From assembly GCA_024679065.1 (NCBI GenBank), contig JAGIQG010000011.1, positions 6,820,001 through 6,884,000 on the forward strand: a DNA stretch of 64,000 nt, in the 5' to 3' direction. Position numbers and translations under genes: made by a program. Below, piece after piece: positions 26,475 through 40,002 of the stretch. Under the pieces are notes generated by a model. The model searched no databases, had not been told where the DNA came from, and saw nothing but the letters and a program-made list of their open reading frames with translations. The stretch's first letter is position 1; each line of letters begins with the position of its first letter. The DNA comes from Sphyrna mokarran (Eukaryota).

Positions 26475-29240
26475 AGACTACAAGAACTAGGAACAGGAGT
26501 AGGTCGTTCAGCACCTCAAGCCTACTCCACCACTCAATAGGATCATGGCTGATCTAACATTCCTCATGTCTACTTTTCTGCCTTTTCTCCATAACCCTTG
26601 ATTTGCTTACCAGTCAAGAATTAATCTACCTCAACCTTAATATACACAAGGATTCTGCCCCCACAGTTCTCTGTGGCAAAGGGTTCCAAAGACAATCAAT
26701 TTTCAGTCAGGAAATTCCTCCTCAGTTCAGTCTTAAATTGGCATCTGTTTATTCTGAGGCAATGCCCTCTGGTCCTAGACTCTTCCATGAGGGGAAACAT
26801 CCTCTCAGCATTTACCATGTCAAGGCCCTTAAGATTCCTATGTGTTTCATTGAAATCACCTCTCATTTTTCTAAATTCCAATGAGTAGGTTCCAACCTGC
26901 TTAACCTCTTATCACGAAGCAATCCTTCCACATTGGGGATCATCCTAGTGAACCTTCTCTGAACGGTTTCCAAAGAAAAAATACATTTCCTTAAATACGG
27001 GGAACAAAACTGTCCATAGTACTCCAGGTGTGGCTTCACTCATACCACGTACAGCTGCAGCAAGACTTCTCCACTTATATTCTAACCCCCCGAAATAAAG
27101 GCCAATTTTCCATAAGCCTTCCTGATTACCAGCTACACCTGTGTGCGTTGCATGCACAAATACCCCCAAGACCCTTTGTGTTGCAGCTTTCTGCAGTTTT
27201 TTTCCCCATTTAAGTAATATTGTTCCTTTCCAAAATGAACAATTTCACATTTTCCCTCATTGTACATCATTTGCCAACTTTTTGTCGACTTACTTAACCT
27301 ATCAATGTCTCTTTGCAAGCTGTTCATATCTGTCTTGTAACTGTCTTTCTACTTATTCTTGTCATCCGCAAATTCGGCTATATTACACAGTGCTTCTTTC
27401 CTTCAGGTCATTAACGTATATTGTGATAGTTTCTGTCCCAGCACTAATCCCTGTGGAACCTCAATGGTTACAGGTAACTAACCTGAAAAATAATCTCTTA
27501 CCCCCCCCCCCCACTCACTATTCCCTACGCTTTATCAATCCTCTAACCATGCCAGCATACTATCTCCAACACATGGGCTCTTATCTTATGCTTTAACCTT
27601 TTGTATATTACCTTGTTGAATGTTTTCTTGAACATCACAACACATCAACTGGTTCCTCTCTATCCACATTGGTTGAGACTTCCTCAAAAAACGCTAACAA
27701 ATTAGTCAAACATGATTTTCCTTTCTTGAAGCCATGCTGACTCTGCATGATTAGATTATGATTTTCCAAATGTGCTGTTATTACCTTAATAATCGATTCC
27801 AACAATAGATGTTAGGCTAATCTGCCCATAGTTTTTGCCTTCTCCCATTTTTGAGAAGGGCTGTTGAATATTGGCAGCTTTCCAATCCTCCAGTATCTTT
27901 CACAGAATCCAAGATTTTTGGAAAATTATAACCAATGCATCCACTATCTCTGTAGTCATTTCTTTTAGGATCCTAGGATGCAAGCAATCAGGGCCAAGTG
28001 AGATATTTGCATTTAGCCCCATTAGTTTGTCTACTATTACTCCTCTAGTAATGGAAATTTACTTCTTCCCCATATTCTTTAGTATTAATGTGATATTTGA
28101 AGCATCTTCTGCTGTAAAGACTGATGCAAAATACCTGTTGAACTACTGTCATTTCCTTACTCCCCATAACAATCTCCCCAAATTCATTTTCTAAGGGGCC
28201 TATGTTCACTCTTACCTTTCTCTTTCTTTCTATGTATTTAAAGAAGCTATTGTTGTCAGCTTTTATATTCCTTGCTAGTTTACCCCGAAGTTTATTTTCT
28301 CACTACTATCTTTTTAGTTCTACTTTACTGGATTCTGAATTTATCCATCTTCTTTCTCTAGTCTTTGGGGTTATCACTGACTTCTGCCTCCTTATATACT
28401 TTCTCTTTTAATTTAACATTCTCCTCAACATCCTTGGTTAGCCTTTGTTGCTTTATGCCTCTCTTAGGATCTTTCTTTCTTACTGAGATATGTATGCAGA
28501 CAGCCATAAATTAATTCCTTGAATGTCTGCCATTGCTTGCTTCTCTTTTCTGCTAATCTATCTGGCCAATCCACTTCAGTTAACCTATCCTTATTTCATT
28601 ATGATTCCCTTTACTTAAGTTAAACATACTTGTTTCAGTTCCAAGTTTCTCTCTCAAACTAAATATTAAATTCTATCATGTTATGATCACTGCTTTCTAG
28701 GGGATCTTATACTCTGAGGTTATTTTTTAAACCTGCCTCATAAAATAGCCTGTTTTCTAGTTGGCTCCATGATATATTGCTCTAGAAAACTCTCTAATGC
28801 ACTGAATTCATTGTCATGGCTCCCTCTCCAACTTGATTAATCCAATTAACATGTAAAGTCACCCACATTTATTACTCTATTCTTTCAACATGCTCATATT
28901 ATTTGTTGATTTATATTCTTACAAACAGCAAGGCTACTGTTGGAGGTCTACACACCGTCCCTACCAACATCTTTCTCTTGCTGATTTTGTTCTTACCTCC
29001 ACCCAAGTGGACTCTACATCATCTGAACCTAGATCATCTCTCAAAACTGTCCTCATTTCAGCTATTAACAGTGCTATCCACCATCTTTTTCTTCCCTCCT
29101 GTCTTTCCAAACAGTCAAATATTCTTGAAAATTAAGTTCCCAGTTTTGATCTCCTTTTAACTATGTCTCCATAGTGGCTATGATATCATATCAATTTATC
29201 ATGATTTGCACAGTCAGTTTCTCAATCTTATTCCAAATGC
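26475..29240 (-). mobile_element. CR1 LINE, ~2.8 kb, decayed
   Basis: Minus-strand ORF pieces SLQRDIDRLSK...KCEIVHFG and RMRGDFNE...MFPLMEESRTRGH. The CR1 tail lies at the left end. Confidence 0.85.
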
Positions 29241-29694
29241 TATGTGTTACATTAAAGTCTTAAGGCTGGCCTCTTTTAATAATCCCAACTTTTCTGTCGT
29301 GCTTATTTGTCTCTCGCACTCAACTACCATTTTTGTGTTTTAATCTCGTCATTGTTTCTTTTTCCCTTGCCACCCTGTACTGGCAATCCAAGGTCCTGAT
29401 ATCTCAGAACTTGGGTATTGAAATCCAAAATTGTTCAACATTTCACGGCATCTCTGAAGTGTTTTGTAGTTAAAATTCAGAGATAAAGATCAATGTATCT
29501 ATTTGTTACTGCTGCACTCTGGTCTTTGCTTTGAGGAATATTATTTGCTAAGCCTTTGAAATGGCGAAAAGCATTGCTCAGAATTTGTATCATGCTAGTT
29601 GTTCAATGGGGAATAAGTGCAATACAGATCCAATGTGGCTACTGTACTTCTAGACTGATTTCACACCAATGGATGTCTTGAGTTACTAAAACTA

Positions 29695-30900
29695 AGTTAC
29701 AGAATCTCAAGATTGGTATGGTGCAGGTGATGGCCATTTGACCCATCATGTCTGCGCTGCTCTTCAAAAGAACATTATGACCTTGTTTCTATTTACATAT
29801 TTAACCAATACCCCTCTTGAATATCTTCAATGAACCAGAGTCCACACATTGGACAATACATTCCAGATCCCAACTACCTGTTGCATGCAGTAGTTTTGTC
29901 TCACATTGCATTTGAATTTGTGTCCTCTCAATTCTTTTAAGAGCAGGAACAGTTTCTCATCATCTCCTTTTGTCTTTCTGTGGCTCCTTCATGCCATACT
30001 CAGTAGATGATGCCTTGATGTTGAAGGCAGCCAAGATCATCTCACCTCTAGTATTCAGCTCCCATCCATATTTGGACCAATGTTTTTTTTGGGCCCTGCA
30101 CAATCTGCAGGATCCAAACTGCGCATGGGTAGTTGGCGATTGGTGGATAACTGCCACTTGATAGCATTGTTGACAACACTTGCATGCCTTTTCCAACGCC
30201 GGGACAAAACTGATGAAGTGATATTTGGCTAGGAGATGTGTCCTTTTTTTTGTGCATGGTATATACCTGGACAATTTTCTACTGCTATGCTGTACGCTAT
30301 ACTGGAACAGCTTGTTCAGTGTGGCTGGCTCTGGAACACAGATCTTCAGTACCTGTAACCTTTGCAACGCTGAATGCACATAGCTGTTCCTTGATTATGA
30401 GAATTAAGCAGAATTTGTTGCTGATATCTACAATGGAAACTCAAAAAAGACGAAGATCAGCTATACCCCTATAAACACTTCTAACTGAAAATCAAAGCAA
30501 ATGATTCAGCCTTATATTTTGCTTCCTCATTATTAATAGGAATTTTTTTTCAGAACTTTGATATAGTCCGCTGGCTGCAAGATCATTTAGTTCTGTCAAT
30601 AGCATGCTGCTGTTCAGCAAACGTGTGTAGCTTCATTGGGTTTACATCTCAATATTAGGTAGCCCTGTTGTTACTTTTGGCTTGCTGTTCTAGACTCCTT
30701 GTTGAACCAGGATTAAGTGTTAGCTTGATGTGAATGAAGTAGTAAAGAATATGTCAGGCCGTAAGTTACAGATTGGGTGGAATAAAATTATTTTGCCAGT
30801 GGCACACTGTGGGAGTGTTGCACAGAATGGACAATGTCCCATGATGGGACATGGTGGCCACAAAGATTGTGTTCATTCCTACCAATTCTGTCATGGAAAA
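29695..30900 (-). mobile_element. Composite of decayed LINE fragments
   Basis: CR1-like tail at ~29700-29950, followed by sequence complementary to the 20570-22370 family. Confidence 0.5.
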
Positions 30901-33479
30901 TTGTATCTGCAGCACTAGCTTTGTCACAAACCAGCCATTTAAACTAAGTTAGCACCACCTAAAGGGAACCTGCTGCAGAGAATTCTTGTCCAGGCATCCA
31001 AAAACCAGTAGTTAGCTATATTAACTTAAATTTTTCAGAACTATTGAGATTATGAATTACAGTTGGTAAAGAACTCGTGGCCTAAGCTAAGTGACACCAG
31101 TGGTTTTGCAATACAAATCTGAATTGCAAGTTTCTCTGACTCCAGAACAAAACATGCATCTTTCAAGGTTATGGCGTACAGTATGTTTAACCTACAGAAA
31201 AGTGACCAGCTTAAACATTCCTTTCAGATTTTACTTTTTGTTCTAAACATATCCTTAAGGGCCTTGAGCTTTGCTGGTGTTGATTTTTCTTCTCAGGATT
31301 TGGTGGGAGAGGGCAGTGCAATTTACATGCATCCAATGCTTTTTTACTGGGTATGAGTGGCCATTATTCATCAATAGTGCATTTGAATGTGCCATTCAAC
31401 TGTAGGATAAGTAATAGTTGAATCTAGTCTTGCTTTCATTTAATACCTATATATATAATTCTGATGCGACCACTTTATTGAAATGATGTGGTCCATCAGA
31501 AGTCACATTCACCACAAAATATCCTATAGATAGGAGTGCAGAATCTAAAAACTGTGATCTCTTTGTCCTGACCTCCACTTTTGTTCACAGCCCTGTGCAC
31601 CTCAAAGTGGAAGTTTTATATTATGGTGAAGATTCCCAGTCTTTACTTCCAGCTGTCAGCTGGAGAAGTGAATTTGTAATCAGCCGAATAATGATGCAAT
31701 TCTGCATTGGGAGGAAGAAAATTTCAAAAGGAATGCAATCAACAAATGAGTCCCTTACGTCGAGTGTGGAGCAGGCTTCATACTTTTGTACAACAGATAA
31801 TTGGTGCCATTTGATTTAGATTTTTAAATTGAGGACTGGACATCCACTGAATACCACAGTAAGGGCGAAGCTTCAACTTATCTAGATTGTGTGAAATCAT
31901 AACCTAGAGTAATAAAGAATTTTAACAAATAGAAATTGACAACTAACCTTGGGAGCTTAGAGAAATTTATTAGTAATGGGAAAGAAAAAACTAACACCAC
32001 ACTTCAGAAGCAGGATCTAGCTGCAGCAAATTGGAGCAAGGAGAAGAAAATTATTTTGAAGAAAAGAGTACTATTCCCTTCTTGAGGTGACAGAAATACT
32101 GAATGTGCAAGTTCAGCTAATTTGAATGAAGTAACATTCAGTTGACTTCTGAGTTTAAGTAAAAATGCTGTATTCTTACAACTGCTGTCTCCATATCACA
32201 CTCTTACATTCCATATGTTTCATTTTGAGAAAATTATATTGAGAAGAAAGAAGGAACATGGAAATGATTCTAGACTATTGAATTTAATGGCATAATTTCC
32301 AATGCACTAACAGAGATTGTACAGCACTTCTCCATTTAAGATTCTTTTGCCGTGAAATCAAACTGATTCAATTATCAATTAATACTTCTGCCATTTGATA
32401 ATAAGTTAAACAAATCTTTTGATCGTCTAGGTGGCATGGAAGTGTGAAAGGAAATGGATTGAAGGCATGTGGCTTGGAATCAGTGACCATTGGTTCAAAC
32501 AAAATGTTTCACCTTGCAATTCAGAGATGCTCCCTAACCCATCTGCTGAGACTGGTGCCAGCACAAAAGCAAATGTTAGTACTGCTTCACTGCGCAGCTG
32601 TTTGACTCAGTGGGCTATTCAACTTAGTAAAGACCCTCTTATTAGAACTGAACAGGTGCGCTGGAGTAAAATAAATCAGATCTCTATTTGGCAAAAAAGA
32701 GCTGCTTATAGATGTGATTCTGTTTTTTTTAAAAAAGACAGCAAAACAAAAATCACAAAATACTCAGCACAATATGTTGCACCTACTTTGCCTTGCAAAT
32801 TGAACCATAGGAAGCAAATACAGCCTAAATTAAAACTTCGTGGTCTGCCAGGTTTAGCAAATTTGGCTTTTTATACATCCAAAATGGTCATCACACTTAA
32901 AAATTAGTTTAACAGTGACAAATGCATAAAAAAAGCAACTCTCACCAACACATTGTTTTTTAATCTTTATCTCCTGTCCAAGTCTAGCCCTGCTTTCAAG
33001 GTGGTGATTTATTTGCAGGCCTGGTACATTTTGTTTAGATCAACTGAATTAAACAGAAGTCCATCACAAAATAAAGAGATATAAACCGTAAACAGTGTTC
33101 TGCCTGATTTTTTCAGCATATTAATGCCAATAACAAAATTCATGCTCAAATCCACATACTTAAATGTTGAGTCAATGTTATTTTGTGTGATGCTTTATTT
33201 ATCATCTGAAATTGCTCCCACCACTATAACTGCCAGTGCCAAGATTGCAATGTTGGGCATTAAATAGTTTACGTAAGGTAAAATCTGTCTTGCTCTATTT
33301 TAATAATAATTTCCAACATCATTCATCAATTAAATCAATGAAAACATTTATTGTGCAGACTTCTGAAAGTTTTAGATGCCCACAATTACATCTTACTAAA
33401 TCCTAGAAATAATATTCATGATTTAAAATCAGTGACAATAATGAAGGTAAACAAAACAAATACAAAAGAAAGTACAATA

Positions 33480-34430
33480 ATCAGTCTTACTAGTTGATTG
33501 AGTTTTTAAAGAGTTAATAGCAATGATTGATGACAACAATGTGGTTGACATGATACGTATGGACCTCCAAAAGGTATTTGATGAAGTGCTACAGGTTAGC
33601 TTGTCAACAAGCTGAAGCCCACTGAATAAAAGACACAGTGGCGGTATGGATACAAAGTCAGCTGAGTGACAAGAGAGCGTAGTGGTAAAAAGATTACTTT
33701 TGGACCGGAGTAAGTTACAAGAAGTCATAGATAAGTTGGTGGAATAGGTAGATACAAGACATATGGAATTCAATGTAGAGTAGTAATATATTTTAATAAC
33801 AAAGAAAGGCAATACAAATTAAGGTACAATTCTAAAGGGGTGCAGGAACAAAGGTATGTGCACACTAACTCTCTGAAAATGGGATGGCAGGTTTAAAATG
33901 CAGTTAAAAGGTTTATGGGATCCCGAACTTTATAAATAGAAACATTGAATGTAAGGAAGTTAGATGTACTACTGGCATGGCCTCATCTGGAGCACTGTAT
34001 CCTGGGCACCAGACTTTAGGAAGGATGTAAAGATTTGAGAGAGGATGCAGGAAAAAAATAAGAATGGTTCTAGGAATGAAGTACTTCAGTTACAAGAATA
34101 GATGGGAATAGCTGAAATAAAACTGTTGAAAATCATGAGTAGATAGGAAGAAACTGTTTCATTTGGCGAAAGGGTAGGGACACAGATACAGTAATTGGCA
34201 AAAGAAGAAAAGGTGAGTGATTTGGACCTGGAATGCATTGCCTAATAGGGTAATGGAGGCAGATATAATCTTGATTTACAGAAATTAACTGAATAAGCAG
34301 CAAAGATTAAAATACTTTAGCATTATAGCAAGGGCAGGGGAGATGGACAAACTGAATGCTCTTGCAGAGAGCCAGCTTGACTTGAAAGGTTGAATGGCTC
34401 CTTCTGTGCTGCAACCATTCTATGATTCTA
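33480..34430 (+). mobile_element. CR1 LINE 3' fragment
   Basis: RT motif remnant (atggacctccaaaaggtatttgatgaagtg, cf. MDFQKAFDKV) and the tail gaatggctccttctgtgctgcaaccattctatgattcta. Confidence 0.75.
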
Positions 34431-35271
34431 GTCCACAACATCTGTTGCAATAAACTTCAGTGACATATTTAACCACTGGATTCCATTCAATATTGAAAGA
34501 GTTTTAAAAAGTTGAGACATTCAGATACACATGGTTTCTTTATAACAATGCAAGTTCAACATTTTTTACATCTCTATTACCTAAACAGGATACATTGTAT
34601 AATATAAGATTTATAGAGCTAATAATCATTCACCTCTCAGACAACTTTTACCTTTATGCATTATGGAACTGGGCCATCTCTTAGTGCAATATGATATATT
34701 CCATTCAAAAACATATCTGCACCTGGATTTAAATCTTGCAGTTAAAAAAATTCTAAAACTCATAACCGCAGTCGAATTATTTCAATCAACAATAAAACAA
34801 GAATAAAGAGATGGTAACTAGCTATTGAATGCACCTTGCATTTCTCTTATGGGCCAACATTTCCAACTGTATATCCTCCTTTAGAAGAGAAAGTTTCATT
34901 ACGACAAATTGAGAACATCTTTCATGATATAGTCATCTTACTTAGTTCAATCACAATATGATTTCACTAGTACTAAAAAGCTTATTCAATGGCACCATGA
35001 TGAAAAGCACCACTATTGCAAAACAGCCTCTATTGCCAACTGGTGATCACCTCACCTGGAGTCACTGCCAGTGTGGATACAATTGTCTTTTGATTGTGTG
35101 GTGAGGAGAAAAGGACAGAATATGGTTCCAATTTGCTGCTCACTGACTGCTGTTGTAAAGTGCATTGCTGTTGATAGCAGCATGCTCAGCTATAATTGGC
35201 TCCATAACTGAAAGGCTTAGCGAAAAACTTGGGTTAGCTATAGGAAGGCACTGCTGACCATGAAATTCTAG

Positions 35272-35480
35272 GTATACAGATGCCGGCGTTGGATTGGGGT
35301 GGTAAGAACTCAGTAAGAATTTAGCAACACCAATTTATAATCCAACTGATTTATTTGATAGTAAAAACGCGAGCTTTCAACACTCTGTGTCTTCCTCAGG
35401 CAAATGCAGTGTTCTGGACCAGAACACTGCATTTGCCTGAGGAAGACACAGAGTGTTGAAAGCTCGTGTTTTTACTATCA
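35272..35480. mobile_element. Short Penelope-like fold-back element with hammerhead motifs (element A)
   Basis: 13-bp TSD catgaaattctag at 35259-35271 and 35481-35493. 62-bp inverted arms 35356-35417 and 35419-35480 with one mismatch. Each arm carries CTGAGGA-a-GACAC-aga-GTGTT-GAAA-GC-TC. Confidence 0.8.
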
Positions 35481-35669
35481 CATGAAATTCTAGTCCAGTC
35501 CAACATCAACAACCATCTCTGATGGAAAGGAGGCATTATATAATTGAATTCAACATTAATAAATGCATTTTCTCAAACATGCTTTCAAAACTGGTATATT
35601 CAAAAATGTGTGTTACAAAAGAGCCCAACTTTTATCACAACCACTGCATTAGCACTGATAAGCTAGACA

Positions 35670-35774
35670 CTGCATTTGCCTGAAGACACAAGAGTCGAAA
35701 GCTCGCTTTTTTACTATCAAATAAATCGGTTGGATTATAAATTGGTGTTGCTAAATTCTTACTGAGTTCTTACC
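35670..35774 (+). mobile_element. Short Penelope-like element B, same family as A
   Basis: 10-bp TSD aagctagaca at 35660-35669 and 35775-35784. Near reverse complement of ~35300-35409. Motif CTGAAGA...GTC-GAAA-GC-TC. Confidence 0.8.
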
Positions 35775-35807
35775 AAGCTAGACAAGAACAGAGTGACCAG
35801 TACTTTT

Positions 35808-35992
35808 GACATCCAACAGGTTTATTTGGTATTGCAAGCTTTTGGAGCACTGCTCCTTCATCAGGTGATAATCACTTGATGAAGCAGCAGCACTCTGAAA
35901 GCTTGCAATACCAAATAAATCTTTGACTTTAACCTGATATTTGAGGCTCCTTACTGTGCCCACCCCAGTCCAAAGCTGGCATCTCCACATCA
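35808..35992 (+). mobile_element. Short Penelope-like fold-back element C
   Basis: Inverted arms ~35821-35869 and ~35871-35920. Motif (c/t)TGATGA-agnagcag...ctc-(G/A)AAA-gct on both strands. Probable TSD cagta(c/t)tttt at 35798-35807 and 35993-36002. Confidence 0.75.
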
Positions 35993-36112
35993 CAGTATTT
36001 TTTTTTGAGTGAAATAATATAGAATACTTCATCGAGTTAAAACTATGGCTTGAGGATCACAATTCAAGTGGTAATAAATGTGGAACGAACAGGAGACAAG
36101 AATTTTGCCATT

Positions 36113-36425
36113 TTAGAATCAAAATCCCCACAGCGCAGGAAGAGACATTTAACCCATTGACTTGCACTGACAACAATCCCACCCAGACCTCATCCCCATA
36201 ACCCCACTTTGCTAATCTCCCTGACACTAAGGAGCAACTGAAAATGGCCAATTAACCTAACCCCCACATTTCTAGGCTGTGGGAGAAAACTAGAGCACCC
36301 AGAGAAAACCCGTACAGACACAGGGAGAACATGCAAACTCCGCACAGACAAGTTATTTGAGGTTGGAATTGAACCCAGGTCCCTGATGCTGTGAATCAGT
36401 ATATTCTAACTACTGTGCCACTATG
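36113..36425 (-). mobile_element. HE1-type V-SINE
   Basis: Minus-strand head gtggcacagtagttag...gggttcaattcc, V core and CR1-type tail. Confidence 0.85.
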
Positions 36426-38699
36426 TTTACACTGGAAATTGATTGTGTCTGCCAGTCTGTGTCGGTGATCTTTCCTTTTTGAGAAAGATTGTTGTTCAAT
36501 GTGGCCAATGCTGGCAAGGCAATGTGTTATTCTCAGTTAACAGCATAAAGGGTCAACCACAGTGCTGGTCTGTTGGTTAGGCCAGTTGAGAGTATGTTTT
36601 AAGGATAAACCAGTTGTGCTTTTAAACATAAAAACCAACAGCTTTCTTTATACCAAATTTAGAGTTCATTTCACAATTTGACATATTGAGATTTTAAAGT
36701 CATCATCTTTGACTTTCTGGTCCAGAACCATAACAATACTTTACTGTCCCAATCTTACTTTCAAGAAGTAGCATTTCAGCAAAATCAAAAAACAATCTTT
36801 CGGTGGTTTCAAAGTCACTCTCAATGGCAACATAAATCTGCACTACCAGATGCACTGATAACCAAGGAGTTTCTGCAGGGCCTAAAACATCTGCAAGATT
36901 TCCTGGCTAGTGTAGACATCCTCTTGTTCAGTAACTAAAAACAAATCACAAAATAGACTTTTCTCACAGTAATCAAGGCGGAATTCACTTCATAGTACAA
37001 CTTTGCCACAATGTTTGAAACTGTGGTAGAACTGTCACAGGATGGAACTATCAAAATATGAAGGGCCATGAAACAGGAGATGGAAAGCTGTGGAAAGAAA
37101 ATCCCTCTCTTCCTGACCAGTAGGTATCTCCCAAAGCAACTATTCTGCTCAATTTGGCAGTCAGAATAGAAACCAAACACAAAATGGACATTGTGTTTCA
37201 ATGTCCATGACCTTTTCAATGATCTCAACTTTGACAGTTCGCTGTCAATGTTGCCTACTGAGAGAACCTTACAGAAAATCAAGGGCAATTAAGATCTATA
37301 ACTGGGAACTTCACCAAGGGATGACCAGGAGGAGATGAAGCAACTGTCAAGATTTGCACTAGAATAGCATCAGAGGTTATTGGGAAGGGAATCACATACA
37401 GATAGAACAGTTAGGGGGTAAAAGTGATAGAGAGATGAAAGGAGCATACTCTTGCTGAGTTTAAAAAGTTTGATGAATGGTCATTAACCCAAACCGTTAA
37501 CTATTCCTCTGCCCACAGATGCTGCTGAGTATTTCCAGACCTTTTTTATTTTAAGTGTTTTTGCGTCAAAGGCAATTTCAAAGTTAGATGTTCCTGAAGA
37601 GTGAATGTGCTATGTTAGTGATAGTCACTCTGGAAAACAGAGAGGGGAGGAACGGTGCATCTTGTGTTTAGATCAGAGTGTAGTTTATAGAAATAGCAGA
37701 CAATTACCTAATAATGCAGCTTAAGATAAAAGATGAAAAGAGTCTGAGATTATGGGCAGAAGCAAGTGGCCAAGAAAGTGGGGCACCCATGACCAAAGAC
37801 TATCGCTAGTAGATAATGAAATTGTTAAAAAAAAACCATCACTGAAGTTCAGGTGTAGAAAATGTCGATCAGAGCACTTGTAAATGGTGATAAAGAAATC
37901 TGGGAGTGGCCTAACATGGTGAAGATACAGTTTTTGCAGGAAAAGATATGATTAAGAATCATATTTCCAAGAGCAGTGAAACATTTTGGATTGAAGGGTA
38001 CAACAAAAAGCCAACTGACAGATGGGAAAGTAGGCCCAGCAAAAAAAGAAATAAGAAAGACAAGTGAAGCTGAAGGACGAAATGAGAAGTTCAAAGAAAT
38101 TCACAAAATGAAACTGAAAGTTAGCAGCAGCACCAATGTATCACAAACAGAAACAGGATTTTGACTACTTTTTTTCTCTAATTCTTATGAATACTTCAAA
38201 ATCAACCTTACGAAAAGGGATTCCCTAGTCTCACCACATAAGAGCTGATTAAGGTTCACGTTCACAACTAAAAGTCTTGTATACACATCAACTGGCAATA
38301 CAGTCCCAGCTTTTATTTCAGATTTCCATGTCACGATTTTCTTCAAAGTACAATGTCAATATGTATAGATAATTAGCTTGTGTGCAGTATTTTGAGGTGA
38401 AATGTGTAAGTGAAACATGTTCACTCGGAGAACAAATGGGTTGCTTCATAAGGTCTCCCTTCTTTCTCTCAGGTTTTTCGATATTCTACCTTTTGAAAGG
38501 CATCAAAACTCCTGTTTAGGATATAGTTTCAAGGAGAAATCCCAAATGCAAAAGTCCAGCCTTTTTAGTGATACTTTGAGCACAACATTTGTTGCAAAGC
38601 ATTCAGAAGCAAAAGCTTCAGATGACTTTCTTCCATCTATCTTGAGAACCCATTATGACTACAACTATACTGCAGCTATCACTCGCACAAAAATAAGGA

Positions 38700-39750
38700 A
38701 GGGGTACAGAGTACAAGAGCTGGCCTTTAATGTTGCAGTTGTATAAAACGTTAATTAGACCTCATTTGGAATACTGCATCCAGTTCTGGTCGCCTTACTA
38801 CCAGAACGGTGTGGAGACTCTGGAGAGAGTGCAGAGGAGGTTTACCAGGATGCTGCCTAGTATGGAAGGTCTGAGCTACGAGGAGAGGTTAGGCAAATTG
38901 GGGCTGTTTTTCTTAGAAAAATGTAGACTTAGAGGAGATCTAATAGAGGTGTACAAGATTATGAGGGGTATAGATAGAGTAAACAGGGTTAAGCTTTTTC
39001 CTAGGATGGACTCGAATACCACGAGGGGTCATGGGCTTAGGGTGAGGGGGGTAAGGTATAATTTGGATGCTAGTGGGAGTTTTTTCACACAGAAGGTGGT
39101 GGGGGTATGGAATGTGCTGCCAAGTAAAGTGGTGGAGGCAGGCATTCTGGAGTTATTTAAGAAATACCTAGATGGGCACACAAACAGAATGGGAATGGAG
39201 GAGTATAGAAAACTGATTTAAAATAGGGATCATGAGCCTTGGGAGTCCCTGGAAAGTGTGTAAATTGTCGATGATATTGATGTACTTGTTTTTATCCTAC
39301 AGGTGCTTTGGTCCACCTTGTTGTCTAACAAGAGGCATACACGCGATGGGTCATGAGAGAGCTGCTCTTGGATTTTTTGAGAGTATCCTAGTGCTTCACG
39401 TCGTTAGTGTACGCTTGACCTAGACCATTTGATGGGCAATACGACAGTTCAGTGATTATCGCTGTGCTGTGCAGATATACGGATGTGGGCCTGTGTCTGT
39501 AGGAGTTTGTGCATTCTCCCCGTGGTTGTGTGGGTTTTCTCCGGGTGCTCCGGTTTCCTCCCACATCCCAAAAATGTGCTCTTAGGCTAATTGACAAAAC
39601 AAATTCTCCCTAAATTGTCTCAAATTTGGTTTTTTAATCCATAGATCTATAAACATAGACAGGGATCATGGGTAGAGGTGGGAACATCGGGATGGCGGCG
39701 CGGGCTCGTTGGACCGAAGGGCCTGTTTCCCATGCTGTTTTGTTCTTTGT
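38700..39750 (+). mobile_element. Young 5'-truncated CR1 LINE with unusual 3' UTR
   Basis: Uninterrupted ORF 38730-39221: LYKTLIRPHLEYCIQFWSP...LERVQRRFTRM...LSYEERL...RLRGDLIEVYKI...TRGH. CpG-retaining tail ggcgcgggctcgttggaccgaagggcctgtttcccatgctg. Confidence 0.92.
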
Positions 39751-40002
39751 AACCAAAAAGCTGAACAAAGATGTTTTCGATCTGTGTGGCTTAGCTGTTC
39801 ATTGTTTTAATCAAACTGAAACATTGCAAATACCCCAGTTAGGTTGGGCATTAAACTCACATACTCATCAACCAAGCTCAGCCTAAGTCTGTGGCAAGAT
39901 TTCTTGTGCAATGTGGCTTCCAATTTGTGAAAACTAAACCCGGGATGCTCTCTGAGAGCAAGAAGAAAAAACACAATGACGCTGAGCAGCTGACAATTTG
40001 TT

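Noticed and set aside
32431-32907. 158-aa + strand ORF
   Set aside because: Non-ATG start, no recognisable motif or splice support, and antisense in an intron. Likely chance.
35356-35480. Long hairpin as a pre-miRNA or DNA-transposon MITE
   Set aside because: The 1-nt loop, the asymmetric extension on one side, the 13-bp TSD and the hammerhead motif fit a Penelope-type inversion better than a miRNA or a TIR element.
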